Positions 44,301 through 55,026 of a DNA stretch of 64,000 nucleotides are shown in pieces. Positions within the stretch are counted from its first letter, which is position 1. Each line of letters opens with the position of its first letter. The notes below the pieces were generated by a model that did not search any database, was not told the origin of the DNA, and saw only the letters and a program-made list of their open reading frames with translations. Origin of the DNA: Candidatus Marinacidobacterales bacterium (GTDB taxonomy: Bacteria; Acidobacteriota; Vicinamibacteria; Marinacidobacterales; DATDRI01); the NCBI GenBank assembly GCA_965219415.1, contig CBDCNP010000002.1, positions 4,928,001-4,992,000 on the forward strand, written 5' to 3'. The translations under genes and the position numbers were made by a program.

Positions 44301-44718
44301 TCAACTCGCGCACGGCAAGGAAGCGGTTGCGCCCGGCGGCGCGGAAATCGATCACGTGCGCATGTGCGTGCCGGGTCTCGCCGCTCGCGTCCCGCCACTC
44401 CACCGGCACCCCGCCGCGGATAAAGCCGTAGCACTCCCGGTTGTGCTGGATTAGCGAGTGGGCAATGTCGATACGGATGATTTTCTCGATGGCCTGTTCG
44501 CGCGCCGATTCCGGAATGTCCGGGTTCAGGTGCGCGAGCGCTGCCCGCAGGTCGCGCACCAGCACCACGTCGCGCGTCGACGCCCGGCCGAGCGTTCCCT
44601 GCGGCCCGAAGGTCTCGGCGTTGTAGGCGTAGACGCTTTGCCAGCCGAGCCGATCGCGGAGATGATTCGCGAAGGTCTGCTGGACCAGCCGGTCCTCGCT
44701 GTTGATGTCGGTGATCAT
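41311..44718 (-). CDS. hsdR: Type I restriction endonuclease subunit R
   Basis: RRADLVCFVNGLPLVFIELK, WHTQGSGKS, SDEAHRTQ, IGFTGTP, MWLTGFD, LMQAIARANR. Confidence 0.95.
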   Translation of the reverse strand: MITDINSEDRLVQQTFANHLRDRLGWQSVYAYNAETFGPQGTLGRASTRDVVLVRDLRAALAHLNPDIPESAREQAIEKIIRIDIAHSLIQHNRECYGFIRGGVPVEWRDASGETRHAHAHVIDFRAAGRNRFLAVRELKIEGLRVPHYNRRADLVCFVNGLPLVFIELKAVYRNIRAGFDDNLTDYLSEHSIAHAFHHNAFLVVSNGDQARYGSITSKWEHFVEWKRNTEKDKARLDAEALLDGMLAKERLLDLVENFILFDDSRAGGTRKIVARNHQVLGVNNAVASVVQQEELKRRFPPAERLIEYRVPKPELLEAAKAPPDSAYAVQATAGGAAEDELPLVKRAHDDLGRLGVFWHTQGSGKSYSMVFFAEKVRRVVPGNFTFLLMTDREDLDDQIWRTFVGCRVSDEKTPRAGSGQALQEILRGNHRFVFSLIHKFNQPVTEPYSVRDDIIVVSDEAHRTQAGKFARNMRLALPNASFIGFTGTPLFRHDELTRRIFGSYISRYDFKRSEEDQSTVKLVYENRGEKLGIARLDLNDRIADAIEKTDLDPNQQALLEHLLGKDYEVITADDRLDKLADDVVEHCSTRWQTGKSMVVCIDKITCARMFQRIEPRWKAKLARIQTLIPGKEAERAVATDADSRERLTAEIDALRSQAQWMESTIIEIVISEAQNEVRDFQRWGFDIIPHRMVMKTGFQTPDGERVPVEDAFKDPQHPFRVAIICAMWLTGFDVECLATLYIDKPMKAHNLMQAIARANRVFPGKDCGVIVDYNGMLKSLREALAQYALGDEDDGGGAGGIVAPIEELVASLLQAIEAAEKHLLGLGFDAARLHGATGFDRIEALRDAVDVLYASDEARHRFEIMARQIFIRFKALLMELSALAYAERHDNIEAIYKKLQERRDTADVTEVLKELHRIVNEAIRAAAPGDDRAEGLTVDLSQIDFEKLRNEFASKVRRKHAALQDIRVVVEQKLGQILARNPMRMDYYKKYQEIIADYNREKDRATVEATFAQLVALAASLDTEQRRAAKEGLSADELALFDLLFKDNISKKDREHLKQASRGLLSSLRGLLAPMPGWLQHATTRAEVKVFILDRLYESLPRPPFTEADTEDVASRVYDYVWHRSASGQDLSAA

Positions 44719-44734
44719 AGCGCGGGAGCTCTCA

Positions 44735-45955
44735 TCACACCGCGATCTCCCCGCTCATGAGGCGCGGCAGCAGCACATCGCGGGCGGCGCGGAGCTTCTC
44801 GTTCTGTAGACGTAGCGTGTTCGCCTGCGCAAGAAGGGGCTCGGCCCACTCATTGAACGCACTTATCAGAAGCGAGGCGCGCGGCACGAGAATCTCGGAG
44901 CGCTCAAAGTCGCCAGCAACGACTGCCGGATATGCCGCTCCGCGCGCGTGCTTCTCCAGATAGCCGACGAACGCATCTGTTGTAGTCGCTTGGAGCAGGA
45001 ACGCCGTTGGTAAGCCGGTTGGTGTGATGACGGCGAATCCCGTTGATGCGATCAGATTCGATGATGGCTGCCATATCACTGCATATGACCTACGGTTGGG
45101 CCGGACGCATGACCAGATGATGTCGCCGTGCTTCACGACCCTGCGTGCCCGACTAGGGGCATCCCTGAAGTTGTATCGAGTCGTCTCATTGATCGAGCCA
45201 GGCGCAACCGACGAAATGTCGATATAGTGAATCTCGCCGTCATAGGAGCCGGAGAGCGACTCCTGATTTACGTCCGCAACGTCAGAAAGACGCTTTTTCT
45301 CCCACCCATCCGGCACACCGTTGGTGATACGGGTGTGCTCGTGGCCGGGGAAGCGCAAGCGGACGAACCATTCGCGGTAGAGCTGCCGCGCCGCCTCCTC
45401 CAACAGCGCCATCCGTCGCCGGTTGTTCTCGATCAGGTCGTCGTAGGCGGAGAGGATGCTAACGATCCGCCGCTGCTCCGAGATCGGTGGCAACGGCACT
45501 CGCAACGTCTCCACGTTGGTGATGTTTAGGTTCTGCTGTACTGCGCCGCGAGCTACTGAGAGAATGTTGCTTCTGCCTGCCGGAGAGTTGAAATAGTAGC
45601 GGTAGAAGCGCGAGTCCGCGCGCTCATTCATCCTGAAGCGGATCAAGAATGCGCCCGGCAGAACCGGGAGAGAGAATCCTTCGAATATGGATGCGATCCC
45701 ACATGTTCCGGATCGTGTGATGACAAGGTCTCCAGCTGTGAGAAAGTGATTGCCAAACCGGTCTTCGTTAAGGTGAGCAAGAGGCATTGTTTCGTAGGAA
45801 ATACGACCGTCGTTATCTAGATCAGTCGTGCGTAGCGTGGCGATGTTCCCGTCGTCCGCATATGCAGAGCCGCTGAACCTCGGGCCGAATGCGCTGTGAG
45901 CTACGAGTTCCTCGAAAACGACATGTCCCCACCCTCCTATTCGGGGTGTGGTCAT
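44735..45955 (-). CDS. hsdS: Type I RM specificity subunit
   Basis: Two TRDs; LPPISEQRRIVSILSAYDDLIENN...LYREWF; RDVLLPRLMSGEI. Confidence 0.95.
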   Translation of the reverse strand: MTTPRIGGWGHVVFEELVAHSAFGPRFSGSAYADDGNIATLRTTDLDNDGRISYETMPLAHLNEDRFGNHFLTAGDLVITRSGTCGIASIFEGFSLPVLPGAFLIRFRMNERADSRFYRYYFNSPAGRSNILSVARGAVQQNLNITNVETLRVPLPPISEQRRIVSILSAYDDLIENNRRRMALLEEAARQLYREWFVRLRFPGHEHTRITNGVPDGWEKKRLSDVADVNQESLSGSYDGEIHYIDISSVAPGSINETTRYNFRDAPSRARRVVKHGDIIWSCVRPNRRSYAVIWQPSSNLIASTGFAVITPTGLPTAFLLQATTTDAFVGYLEKHARGAAYPAVVAGDFERSEILVPRASLLISAFNEWAEPLLAQANTLRLQNEKLRAARDVLLPRLMSGEIAV

Positions 45956-48075
45956 ACCCCCAGTTCCTCGAAGTTCCGGTGGATGGTGTTCGCCAGCTCG
46001 ACGGCTTCCTTGTCGAGGTCGGCCAACTCGACGTGGATGTCGCGTAGAGTCTGCTCGAAGTCGAAGTCCTCGTTCTCCTCCGGCAGGGCGACGCCGACGT
46101 AGCGGCCAGGGGTGAGGCTCCAGTCGGCGGCTTCAATGTCCTTGCGGTCCACAAGCTTCACCAGACCAGGCACGGCTTCGAGTTCGGCCTTCGGGAAACG
46201 GTCCTGCAGCCACATTACCTGCCGGTGGAAGTACGTAGCGTGCTTCAACTGCTCAACTGCGGCCTTGCGCTCCTCGTCGAGTTGCTTGACCAGCCGGCCT
46301 GTGGCGCGGCGGTCGTAGGCGGCGGAGATCGCATCGTCGGCTGCCAGATCGGTGCCAAGATCCGCTACCCGCGCGGCGAGCTTGTAGAGCAGGTCCACTT
46401 GCTTGATGAGGCCGCGGATCGCCCCCGCGTGGGGGGTAAACGCCTTGCGCGCAGCGTGCTGGGCGTCGTTCTTGTCGGGCAACGCCTTAGCGTATTTCTG
46501 GCCGAAGCCAGCAAGGCTCTTACGAAGCTTCTTCGCGTCGACCTCGTAAAGCGCGGCGGCCTCGCGCAAGTCGGTGACGGCATCGTCGAGTGCTTGCTTC
46601 CTGTCAGCGTCGAGGTCGGCGTGCGTCGCCGTGGCCTTGGCGAGCGCATCGAAGCGTCCACGCAGGTCGGTAAGTGTGGTCACGAAGGGTGCGAGCATCC
46701 CCGGGATGGCGGCGCTCTCGGCGTAGACGCTAGCCAGGTAGTCCTTTACCAGTCCGAGGAAGCGCTTCTGCTGGCCGCGGTACAGCCAGACAATCGCCGC
46801 GAGATCGTGCATCTGCGCGGGCGAGAAATCGTAGATCTTGCGCGTGACCTTACGATAAACATTCCGCGCGTCGAGCATCAGTACCTTGTCCCTACGCTCG
46901 GACGGTTTGGCCCGGTCGAAGTGCCACAGTTCGCAGGGGACGGTGCGGGTGTAGAAGAAGTTGGAGCGGATGGAGATCATCACGTCCACGTCGCCCGTCT
47001 CGACGATCTTCCGGCGCACCTCCTTCTCGCCATGCCCGGCGCTCGAGGCCTGCGAGGACATCACGAAGCCGGCGCGGCCCTTCGGGCTCAGGTAGCTCCA
47101 GAAGTAGGAGATCCAGAGATAGTTGCCGTTGCCGATCTTCTTCTGCTTGTTCACGCCCGGCAGGCCGAAGGGCAGACGCGGGTCGCCCTTGATGCGCTCG
47201 GCGTCCACCAAGTCCACATTGAACGGCGGATTGGCCATCACGAAGTCGCACGTGCCGGCGAGAGTGTGCTCGTCCTGGTAGTAGGTGATAGCCTCGGCAA
47301 TCTTTCCCTCTAGCCCGTGCACCGCGAGGTTCATCTTCGCGATGCGGATGGTGTCACGGTTCTTCTCCTGACCGTAGAAGACGACTTTCTTCGCCGTGTC
47401 GCCGCCCTCGTGCTCGATGAAGTGGCTGGACTGCACGAACATGCCGCCTGAGCCACAGGCCGGGTCGAACACCGTGCCGTGGTCCGGCTCGATGACGTTG
47501 ACAATGGTCTGCACGATCGAGGACGGCGTGAAGAATTCACCGTTGTCGTGCGCCTTCTGAATCGAGAACTTGGCGAGAAAGTACTCGTAGATGCGACCGA
47601 AGACATCGCCAGTGGCCTGCTTGATCTGCTCGCTGTTGAACAGGCGCATCAGATCCTCAAGCACCGTGGACTCGAAGATGCCGTAGTCCTTGGGTAAGAC
47701 GCCGACGAGCGGTTCGAACTCGGATTCGATGGCGGTCATGGCCTCGGTGACGAGCTTCGGCAAGTCGGCGCCGCTCACCGCCGCCTGCTGCATGATCCAG
47801 TCGTAGTGGGCCTTCTCCGGTAGGTAGAGGGAGCGGCGCGCGATGTAGTCGGCCGGTAGGACCTTACGCCTCGGCATTTTGCTGCTCGTCTGGTCGGCAT
47901 CGATCTGCCGGCGGGCGGCCTTGAAACGATTGGCCGCGTGACGAAGAAAGATGATCCCCAGCACCGGCATGAAGTAGTCGCTCGACGTGAGCTTCGAGTT
48001 GGCGCGGAGGTTGTCCGCGGCCTCCCAGAGGTCGGTTTCGAGCTTCTCGATGTGTTTGAAGGCGTTGCTATTCAT
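45952..48075 (-). CDS. hsdM: Type I RM N6-adenine methyltransferase with a long helical insertion
   Basis: LWEAADNLR, GEFFTP, DPACGSGG, MANPPF, WSLTPGRYVG. Confidence 0.95.
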   Translation of the reverse strand: MNSNAFKHIEKLETDLWEAADNLRANSKLTSSDYFMPVLGIIFLRHAANRFKAARRQIDADQTSSKMPRRKVLPADYIARRSLYLPEKAHYDWIMQQAAVSGADLPKLVTEAMTAIESEFEPLVGVLPKDYGIFESTVLEDLMRLFNSEQIKQATGDVFGRIYEYFLAKFSIQKAHDNGEFFTPSSIVQTIVNVIEPDHGTVFDPACGSGGMFVQSSHFIEHEGGDTAKKVVFYGQEKNRDTIRIAKMNLAVHGLEGKIAEAITYYQDEHTLAGTCDFVMANPPFNVDLVDAERIKGDPRLPFGLPGVNKQKKIGNGNYLWISYFWSYLSPKGRAGFVMSSQASSAGHGEKEVRRKIVETGDVDVMISIRSNFFYTRTVPCELWHFDRAKPSERRDKVLMLDARNVYRKVTRKIYDFSPAQMHDLAAIVWLYRGQQKRFLGLVKDYLASVYAESAAIPGMLAPFVTTLTDLRGRFDALAKATATHADLDADRKQALDDAVTDLREAAALYEVDAKKLRKSLAGFGQKYAKALPDKNDAQHAARKAFTPHAGAIRGLIKQVDLLYKLAARVADLGTDLAADDAISAAYDRRATGRLVKQLDEERKAAVEQLKHATYFHRQVMWLQDRFPKAELEAVPGLVKLVDRKDIEAADWSLTPGRYVGVALPEENEDFDFEQTLRDIHVELADLDKEAVELANTIHRNFEELGV

Positions 48076-48438
48076 GCCGTACCGGGCTCAGGCCGTTCTT
48101 TTCACCTTGATACGTTCGCGGACATCTGCGGCAACGTCGAGACTGCTTGCGTCACCAGTTCGGCGAAGAGCCAACGCCCACCGACTGACCCGCATGGGCT
48201 TCCTAAAGTGTGAGCCCAGCAAGATCCATTTGTTCACCGGGGCTAATGCTATCAACCCGAGGTAGAAGTGTGAAGTTGAACACTACGTTCTGCATCCGCT
48301 CGGCGAACGCCCGCTCGAGGAGAACAGAGTCCTCAAAGCTCGGCTTCGCGGGAGGAAGCTTCGCTCAAACCTTGGCGGACCCTGGTTGAGGCCCAATTCG
48401 AGAGCAAGCTAAGGGTATCAAGGAGGTCTAGGCGCACC

Positions 48439-48755
48439 TGGACCAGAACGTGCTAGTCCGCTACACTGCGGTAGCCTCGGCCTCGATTCTGGGCCTCTCG
48501 GATGGCCTCTTTTCCACTGCCCGTACGGCCCCCGGTCAGCACCGGCTCCCCATTTGGCGCAAACTTGTCCCTCGGAAATCGAGATTAGAGACCAAATCCG
48601 AAAATGAGGCCCTTTCAGCCCTTCTAGGGCGTCTCTAGTGACACCTAATCCTGGAAAACCGCGCCAACCGCGCGGAAAATCCCACCCGTCTCTGCAGTGC
48701 CACAATCGGCCAGACTGGGTGGCGGATGGGGCAGTTCGGAGCTATCCGGTCTCGG
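48439..48755 (+). repeat. Full copy of the ~315-bp conserved element
   Basis: Aligns to 2871-3185. Confidence 0.9.
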
Positions 48756-48771
48756 CTGGAAACGAATGAAT

Positions 48772-48915
48772 AACAGGGAATTAACAGGGAATTTGGGCTA
48801 TTTTGAGGCTGATCGGGCCGTTTTTCCACGTGGTAACCCATCTGTATTTCAAATGGTTAGATGGCAATTCCCTGTTCCAAAAAAACAGGGAATTTGAAAT
48901 AGGCGAACAGAGAAA
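48772..48915. repeat. AACAGGGAA direct and inverted repeats, putative recombinase-binding sites
   Basis: AACAGGGAATTAACAGGGAATT; AATTCCCTGTT-ccaaaaa-AACAGGGAATT palindrome; AACAGAGAA. Confidence 0.75.
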
Positions 48916-49049
48916 TGTCACGAGCAGCCTCGCGCACTCCACAAGCGCCGCAGAAAACCGCCGGAGGACCGCGATGGCAAGTTCTCGGCAGACCTCCACC
49001 GCTTCGTCCGAGCGAAGGGTGTCCGGCCGTTGAGGACGCCGCGAAGAGC

Positions 49050-49372
49050 ACCTCAGGCGAATCCTACTGTGAGAGACTCACCGGCACCACACGCCGGGAG
49101 TGCTTGGATTTTCTGATACCGCGGTCGGAGGAACATCTCCACCGACTCTTGACCGAATGGCGTGACTACTATAATCGGGCGAGACCACATTCATCGCTCG
49201 GGCCACGCCTTCCCACCCCCTCTGTCGAGCTTCCGATGAAACCGGACCAGCACCGACATCAATTACCCTACCAGCGCGCCGTTGCCTCGAGGCCGGTCCT
49301 TGGTGGGCTCCATCACGATTACCGGTTGTCACGCGTTGCCTGCCTGACTGACCTAGTTTCTCGCGGGGAACA
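49050..49372 (+). pseudogene. 3' fragment of a further integrase-core transposase
   Basis: SYCERLTGTTRRECLDF...YYNRARPHSSLG...PVLGGLHHDYRL. Confidence 0.8.
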
Positions 49373-49627
49373 ACGCGTTCTTTCTCGAGCACGTTATTGC
49401 GTCGGTGGCCTGGCGGCGACAGCGTGCAGAATTTCCACCGCGTCGAAGACGAGTTCGCAGAACGTCGCTCTCATGGCTGTCTGCCCGTCAATACGCGATC
49501 TTCTTTTTTGTGGGTCACAACTATTCATAGTAAACTAACTCTTAACCTGGAACAGTTTTTGCGGGTAGGTCAGGAGATATTTGAAGACGTTCATTCGAAG
49601 CGCGGCGATTGAGCTGAGATCCTTGCC

Positions 49628-49759
49628 ATGAGGTTCACCCGCCATATCGGCATCGACTACTCCGGTGCGAAAACACCGGAGAGCCAGCTGAAAGGACTGC
49701 GGGTCTACGAGGCAAAAGCTGGGCCACCCACCCACGAAGATCAGCCACGCCGTCAGTGA
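49628..49759 (+). pseudogene. N-terminal fragment of an RNase-H-fold (DUF429-like) protein
   Basis: MRFTRHIGIDYSGAKTPESQLKGLRVY, then a stop. Confidence 0.5.
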
Positions 49760-49882
49760 AGTCGGTCGCTGGCGGTGCAGAAACCGCGCCGTGGCGCGCT
49801 GACCGTTGGCAGTAAACCGAGCAGACTCCACCAATGGCGTATCATTCCAACCGCCGGATCGCTTCGAGAAGGAGTTGCTGGA

Positions 49883-50893
49883 ATGACTGATACTGGGTAC
49901 TACTACCCGGCACCGTATTGGAGTTCGGAGGACAGTAGTTGGATCAAGTCGCTTCTGCTGTTCTTCGACGACGTTGCTATTCTATTACCGAATTACATGT
50001 ACGGTCGCCACGTCGACGCAGATCCAACGCTTGCTGAGCCTCTTGAGGACCGAGGTCTCTTGCGAGTGCTCGAACCCAACGACTGGATCGACAGAGAAAT
50101 CACTGGCAAGTTGGCGGAGGTCGTTGCTGAACTGCTCACCAATGGCACATTCGATGACCTTCGGAAGACTGACTACTTCGCGGAGCTGTCGCAGTCCCGA
50201 ATCGGCTATGGCGCCGACGTGAAATTGGCAGGTTCTTTGGTCGAGGAGCTTCAAGCGAAAGGACTTGCGCGCCCGAGCGAGGACGGCGGAGTTTCGATCC
50301 CGCTCCATCCTGATGTACGCACCACTATTCTTGCCGTTCTCGCACAACTCGCCCGTATCGCCGGAAAAAAGCACGAATTGGCGATTCATCCGGTGACCAA
50401 CAACTCCGAAGCCGTCATGGATTTGGTGAGAACATTGTCACGGGAGTCGATGCCATCACGGGACAAGGTGATTAAACTAGACCTTGAACCCGTGACGTTC
50501 GACTTGGCATCCATTCCTCTTGATGATGTTCTTCAGTTCCGTACGGAACACCAAGATGCCTATCGCGCATACATGCGCGATCTTCGGGGTTTCATCGCCG
50601 AACTAGCCGACATCGATAACCCCGATGAGCGAGAAAGTGCGTTGCTGAAACGCCGACAGGAAGTTGCTGATGCAGCCCACGACATCCAACGATCTACCAG
50701 ACTGGCGCTCGGGAAGGATCTGCGCTCGTGGTCTCTGGGGATTGCAGGCAGCGTTTGGTCAGCGGCTACTGGTGACCCGATTGGCTTGGCACTCACGGCT
50801 GCCGGCGTCATTTCCGGGATCGTTCCTGGCGTCCCCGAAAGAGTCAGCGCGTATTCCTACCTGTTCGCAGCCAACCGCACATTCGGAATGTAG
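49883..50893 (+). CDS. Hypothetical protein (possibly DUF6236-like) with hydrophobic C-terminus
   Basis: RBS GAAGGAG; YYYP...WIKSLLLFFDDVAILLP...IPLDDVLQFR...AYSYLF. Confidence 0.7.
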   Translation: MTDTGYYYPAPYWSSEDSSWIKSLLLFFDDVAILLPNYMYGRHVDADPTLAEPLEDRGLLRVLEPNDWIDREITGKLAEVVAELLTNGTFDDLRKTDYFAELSQSRIGYGADVKLAGSLVEELQAKGLARPSEDGGVSIPLHPDVRTTILAVLAQLARIAGKKHELAIHPVTNNSEAVMDLVRTLSRESMPSRDKVIKLDLEPVTFDLASIPLDDVLQFRTEHQDAYRAYMRDLRGFIAELADIDNPDERESALLKRRQEVADAAHDIQRSTRLALGKDLRSWSLGIAGSVWSAATGDPIGLALTAAGVISGIVPGVPERVSAYSYLFAANRTFGM

Positions 50894-51094
50894 GTTGCGT
50901 GACGGATAGCCCGTCTGGTCCAAATACTCGAACGCCCAGCGGGTCAGCAGTTTGCAATCCGCTCTCGAACGATGGAAGCACGAAGTCAGCGGAGCAGATT
51001 CGGTTTCAACCAAATCGTTTCGGGCGCCAGCGGTCGGTAACCCACTAGGTTGAACCCGTCCTGTGCCAAAACTCGGCCCCTTTTGAAATAGACC

Positions 51095-52247
51095 GGTGCT
51101 TCCGCAATTAAGTGTTGGCGGCCAGCCCCTAACCGGTCTGCGTGCTAGAGTTTGAACCAGAATTCCGAAGACACAGTTCTCTCATCGTCAGGGCCGAGCC
51201 GAAGTGAAGAATAGCAAATGTCTCAATCCCGCATGTCCGTTGCGGGGCAAAGTCAGTTCCGGAAACATCGTTCGCCACGGATTCTACCGAACCAGGTCCG
51301 GGAAACGCCGTCGATACCGGTGCGGCGAGTGCGGAAAGACGTTCTCTTCGACGAAAGGCACGCCCTACTACCGTCTCCAACATCGAAGAGCTACTTTCGA
51401 TGGGGTCATTGCTCTCAGAGTCGAGGGTGTCAGCATTTCCGCGATTTCCCGGATCAAAGGGATTGCCTGGAACACCGTCGCCCGCTGGCTCGAGAAGGCA
51501 GCCCAAGTGTGTCGTCGATTCAATCACAGAAGGATCGCTGGCTTCGCTGCCGAAGAGCTTCAAGCCGACGAGATTCGCACGTTCGCGGGCAACAAGAAGA
51601 CACCGAGTTGGGTCTTCGTTACGATCGAGGTCTGGTCTCGGCTCTGGCCATCGACGGTGACGGGAAGGCGAAGCTACCGGAACACTCACGCTCTGTTTCG
51701 CGACCTTTCGAGACGGATGAATTTCGAGCGTCTTCCCTTGATCGTCACGGATGGATTCGAATTCTACCAGAAGGTCATCCGTCGCTTCTTCGGTCCAGCG
51801 TGTCTCTACGGCCAGGTCCTAAAAACGCGCAGGAACGATCGCATCATCAAGGTCGAACGGAGAGCGCTGCACGGAGCCGCGTGGCGATTCGAAGACGCGC
51901 TCAATAACTCCGAGGACTCTTCGACATTGAACACGTCGTTCATCGAGCGGTTGAATCTGACCATCCGGCAAAGCTCGGCATACCTTTCGAGACGAGTTGC
52001 TCCGTTGCTATTACAACTTCGTCCGACCGCACGGAGCTCTGAAGTTCGGACGTGAGATCCGAACTCCGGCTATGCAAGCCGGTCTGACGACGCGACGGCT
52101 CACCTTTCGAGACATCTTCTTGGCGATGACGATTCCTTTGTGGTCGCGGATCGAGGTTTTCCTGCTCACTGGGACGCGCAACCCGGTCTCTTCCGCACCT
52201 GTACCACTGCCCGCAGCCGCGTAGCAACACTTGATGGCGGAAGCACC
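51095..52247 (+). mobile_element. IS1-family element, copy 5, with a 47-bp internal deletion; abuts a truncated family-B left end (51057-51094)
   Basis: Both TIRs present, 1153 bp; frameshift at about 51995. Confidence 0.92.
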
Positions 52248-52449
52248 CGTCCAGCTCGAAAAAAATCCAATCCCGTCCTGTTCTGCTCCGCAAAAAGTCT
52301 ATCCGGAGTTGATTGCGCATTTTAGACTGCTATGGTCGGCTGCTTTGTGCCAGTCGACCCGACGACGCCACCGGTATCTGCAAAGGGATGCGTACACATC
52401 ACCAACAGCAAATAGCGCAAGCATCGTTAAGAGATCTAGCCCATGCTAG

Positions 52450-54013
52450 TTAACGCAGACGAAAACGATTACGTACGGTCAACAAGAGCAGAAAAAGGAA
52501 AATGGGGCCGGTGATAGCCTGAATTGCACCCAATGCATTCAGAAGGGCACTATTGTGAAGCGCAGCGACTACGCACTCCCGGGAATTGTACAAATATCCG
52601 CCGTCGGAGGTTAGGCCGAAAAACGCGTGTGCGTTCGAAAAACTGATTAGTAGACAATCCCACAACACAGCTCCGCACGTTTCGTACCCGGGGCTAGCCT
52701 GACTGAAAAGCAATAGCCCAATAATGATGTAGTGCCCTGCCCACCAAATCAATGCGCGTCGCATGTTCCAACCATAGTCGCACGAAACATCAAACAACCA
52801 ATTGGCTAGAGACAAAACACTCCACCCATCTCGTTTTCTCTGAGCGCGCATTCGAAGTCTGTAGAAATCATGTCTTTCTGGCAGTTTTTCGACCTTGCTC
52901 ATGATTAGTGCCAATCGATCCCAGGCTTGCATCGCTTTGCTAGCATCGACGACGTCCGATGTAGTTCGTTCTTGAGTGCGGCGAAAAATATTCTTCGACC
53001 ACCATGACACTGCATAACATGATTCCGCCTTGCGCCAGTCTACGCCGCTAAAATCTGTATCCTCATGGAGGTTAGTCTCGAAAAACTGTGGTGGCTGCAG
53101 AAATAATGAATCGCAGAAATATGTAGTAGCTTCGAACCTAGCGTCATTGAAATTTGCAATGTGCTCGAACCGTGCGGCAGAGAAATCGGCTGTACGTTCG
53201 AATACTGCTCTCTGAAAATCTGCGCTCTTTACGAATAGACAATCCCTGAAGTTGACATTGTTATGAAATTTTGTGCCTTCTAAATTGCCTGGCACGCCTA
53301 ATTTAGTTCCCTCAAAACTTGCATCGCTCTTGAAAACAGAATTCCGAAAATCCACCGCACCGGCCGAGTTTCCTTGTATGCCGGGGATGGGTAGGAAATT
53401 CGATCCGTCAAAAGAGGCAGCATCCTTGAATTCGGATTCGTCGAACACGGTGGTTTCCATGAATGTCGCAGCTTTGAAATAGACGGAATTTTCGAATGTG
53501 ACGCTATCGAAACGAGTGCAACGCCTAAACGCTGCTCGCTCAAAGTCTGCTGTATCTACAAATGTTACATTGCGGAAGTCGGAGAGGCGGTCGAATGTGG
53601 CGTTCTTAAAGCTAGCTTTGATCAAAATCCGGCCAGCAAAACATACGTCGTCGTTGAAGGTGTGGTCGGAGAAATCCATGTATCGAGCCAGTACTTCCGT
53701 TGGGTCTGCTTGGAAATGGAGGATGTCCTCCGAACTTATCGGCGAGTGCATCGAGTTTACGCTTCTCGTCTTGCTTTAACTGCAAATGTTCGTTCTGAAA
53801 GAACCGATTGAAAGGAGGATTCCCAACGTTACGGATTTTGTACCGGAAGTCACTCGGCAACTTCCACGCAAGATAACCGTTCCAGTATCGTGTTCGTCGC
53901 TGGGCGTCGTCTGGGTAAGTCAGCAACGCGAGCCAAAATCGCGTATTCTCATGTGAGTCACTCACGGGGTCATTTCTCCTAGATTTTTTTCGGGAAGCAG
54001 GGGAGTTGGACAC
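52450..54013 (-). pseudogene. Pentapeptide-repeat protein with C-terminal membrane region, apparently frameshifted near 53760
   Basis: (A/V)xFxx repeats (ASFKNATF, ADFERAAF, ADFSAARF), DYGWN..R, TM helices. An N-terminal part lies in the overlapping ORF 53612-54013. Confidence 0.75.
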
Positions 54014-54239
54014 GAGAGGGGCAGCGGCAATGATACGCGCTAGGTGTGCGCAGAGTTATCAGCTGTGCTCCGCAAAAAGTCGATCTAGCGTTGATTGCGT
54101 GGTTTAGACCTGCCACGATCGGGTTCTCCGTACCGGTCGACCCGACGATGCATGCGCAGGGAAACACCGTCCAGAAAGCAAGATACCACGCTCCCTGGGC
54201 GAAGACCTAGGTCCAGGTCATGGGCAAAGATGGAAATAA

Positions 54240-54336
54240 AGGAGGCCCGGGCCGGACCTGGACTAGAACGTGCTAGGCCCGCTACACCACAGTAGCCCCG
54301 GCCTCGATTCTGGGCCTCTCGGGTGGCCTCTTTTCC
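54240..54336 (+). repeat. Partial copy of the ~315-bp element, cut by a family-B end
   Basis: CCTGGACTAGAACGTGCTAGG...CCTCGATTCTGGGCCTCTCGGGTGGCCTCTTTTCC|CGTCC. Confidence 0.85.
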
Positions 54337-54438
54337 CGTCCTGTGCCAAAACTCGGCCCTTTTGAAAGACCATGGCTGTAATTTAATGCACCGTAAAGTC
54401 TTAGCGTTATTTTACCAACACTTAATGGCGGAAGCACC
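54337..54438 (+). mobile_element. 102-bp hybrid of a family-B left end and an IS1-type right end
   Basis: CGTCCTGTGCCAAAA...CCAACACTTAATGGCGGAAGCACC; the inner part is the reverse complement of about 10663-10727. Confidence 0.8.
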
Positions 54439-54468
54439 GCCTGGGCTGCAACAAGCAGGTGCAGATGG

Positions 54469-55026
54469 CTAAACAGCCTGGATGGCATAAGTGGCCAGCC
54501 CGATGGCCACCACATCGTCGTTGCCCCCAACGACCTCGAGCCGGCAGGTGGCGAGGGAGCGTCCCTTGCGGACGACCTCTCCGATGGCGAGCAGGTCTCC
54601 CTGGACTCCCGCCAGCAAGTTCATCTTGAACTCCACCGTCTTGACCGTGGAGCCCGGCGAGACCGAACCCACCGCGAAGTTGCCCGCCGTGTCCGCCAGC
54701 AGACCGATGAGACCCCCGTGGATGACGCCAGGCCTTTCTTCGAACTCGGCCCGAAACGGCAAACGCACGCGCGCCACGCGGTTCTCGCAATAGCTGAGTG
54801 TCATGCCCAGGTAGCGGCTGATCGGAGCCGCCTCGAAGAGTTGTTTGAGTTTTTCGAGATGCGCGGAACGTTCCGTCGTTTCACCCACCCGCTGGTGGCG
54901 GACACCTTCGGGCAGAGGAATCGGCACCGGCTTGGGTTCATTGCGGGGAGCCGAACGAGGCCGTGCAGCGGCTTTCTTGCTAGCAAGCCTGGAAAGGATG
55001 TCTCTCTTCCCTGGTCCTTCTTTCAT
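54469..55026 (-). CDS. PaaI-family (hotdog) thioesterase
   Basis: GVIHGGLIGLLADTAG...TVEFKMNLL...GEVVRKGRSLA. Confidence 0.9.
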   Translation of the reverse strand: MKEGPGKRDILSRLASKKAAARPRSAPRNEPKPVPIPLPEGVRHQRVGETTERSAHLEKLKQLFEAAPISRYLGMTLSYCENRVARVRLPFRAEFEERPGVIHGGLIGLLADTAGNFAVGSVSPGSTVKTVEFKMNLLAGVQGDLLAIGEVVRKGRSLATCRLEVVGGNDDVVAIGLATYAIQAV

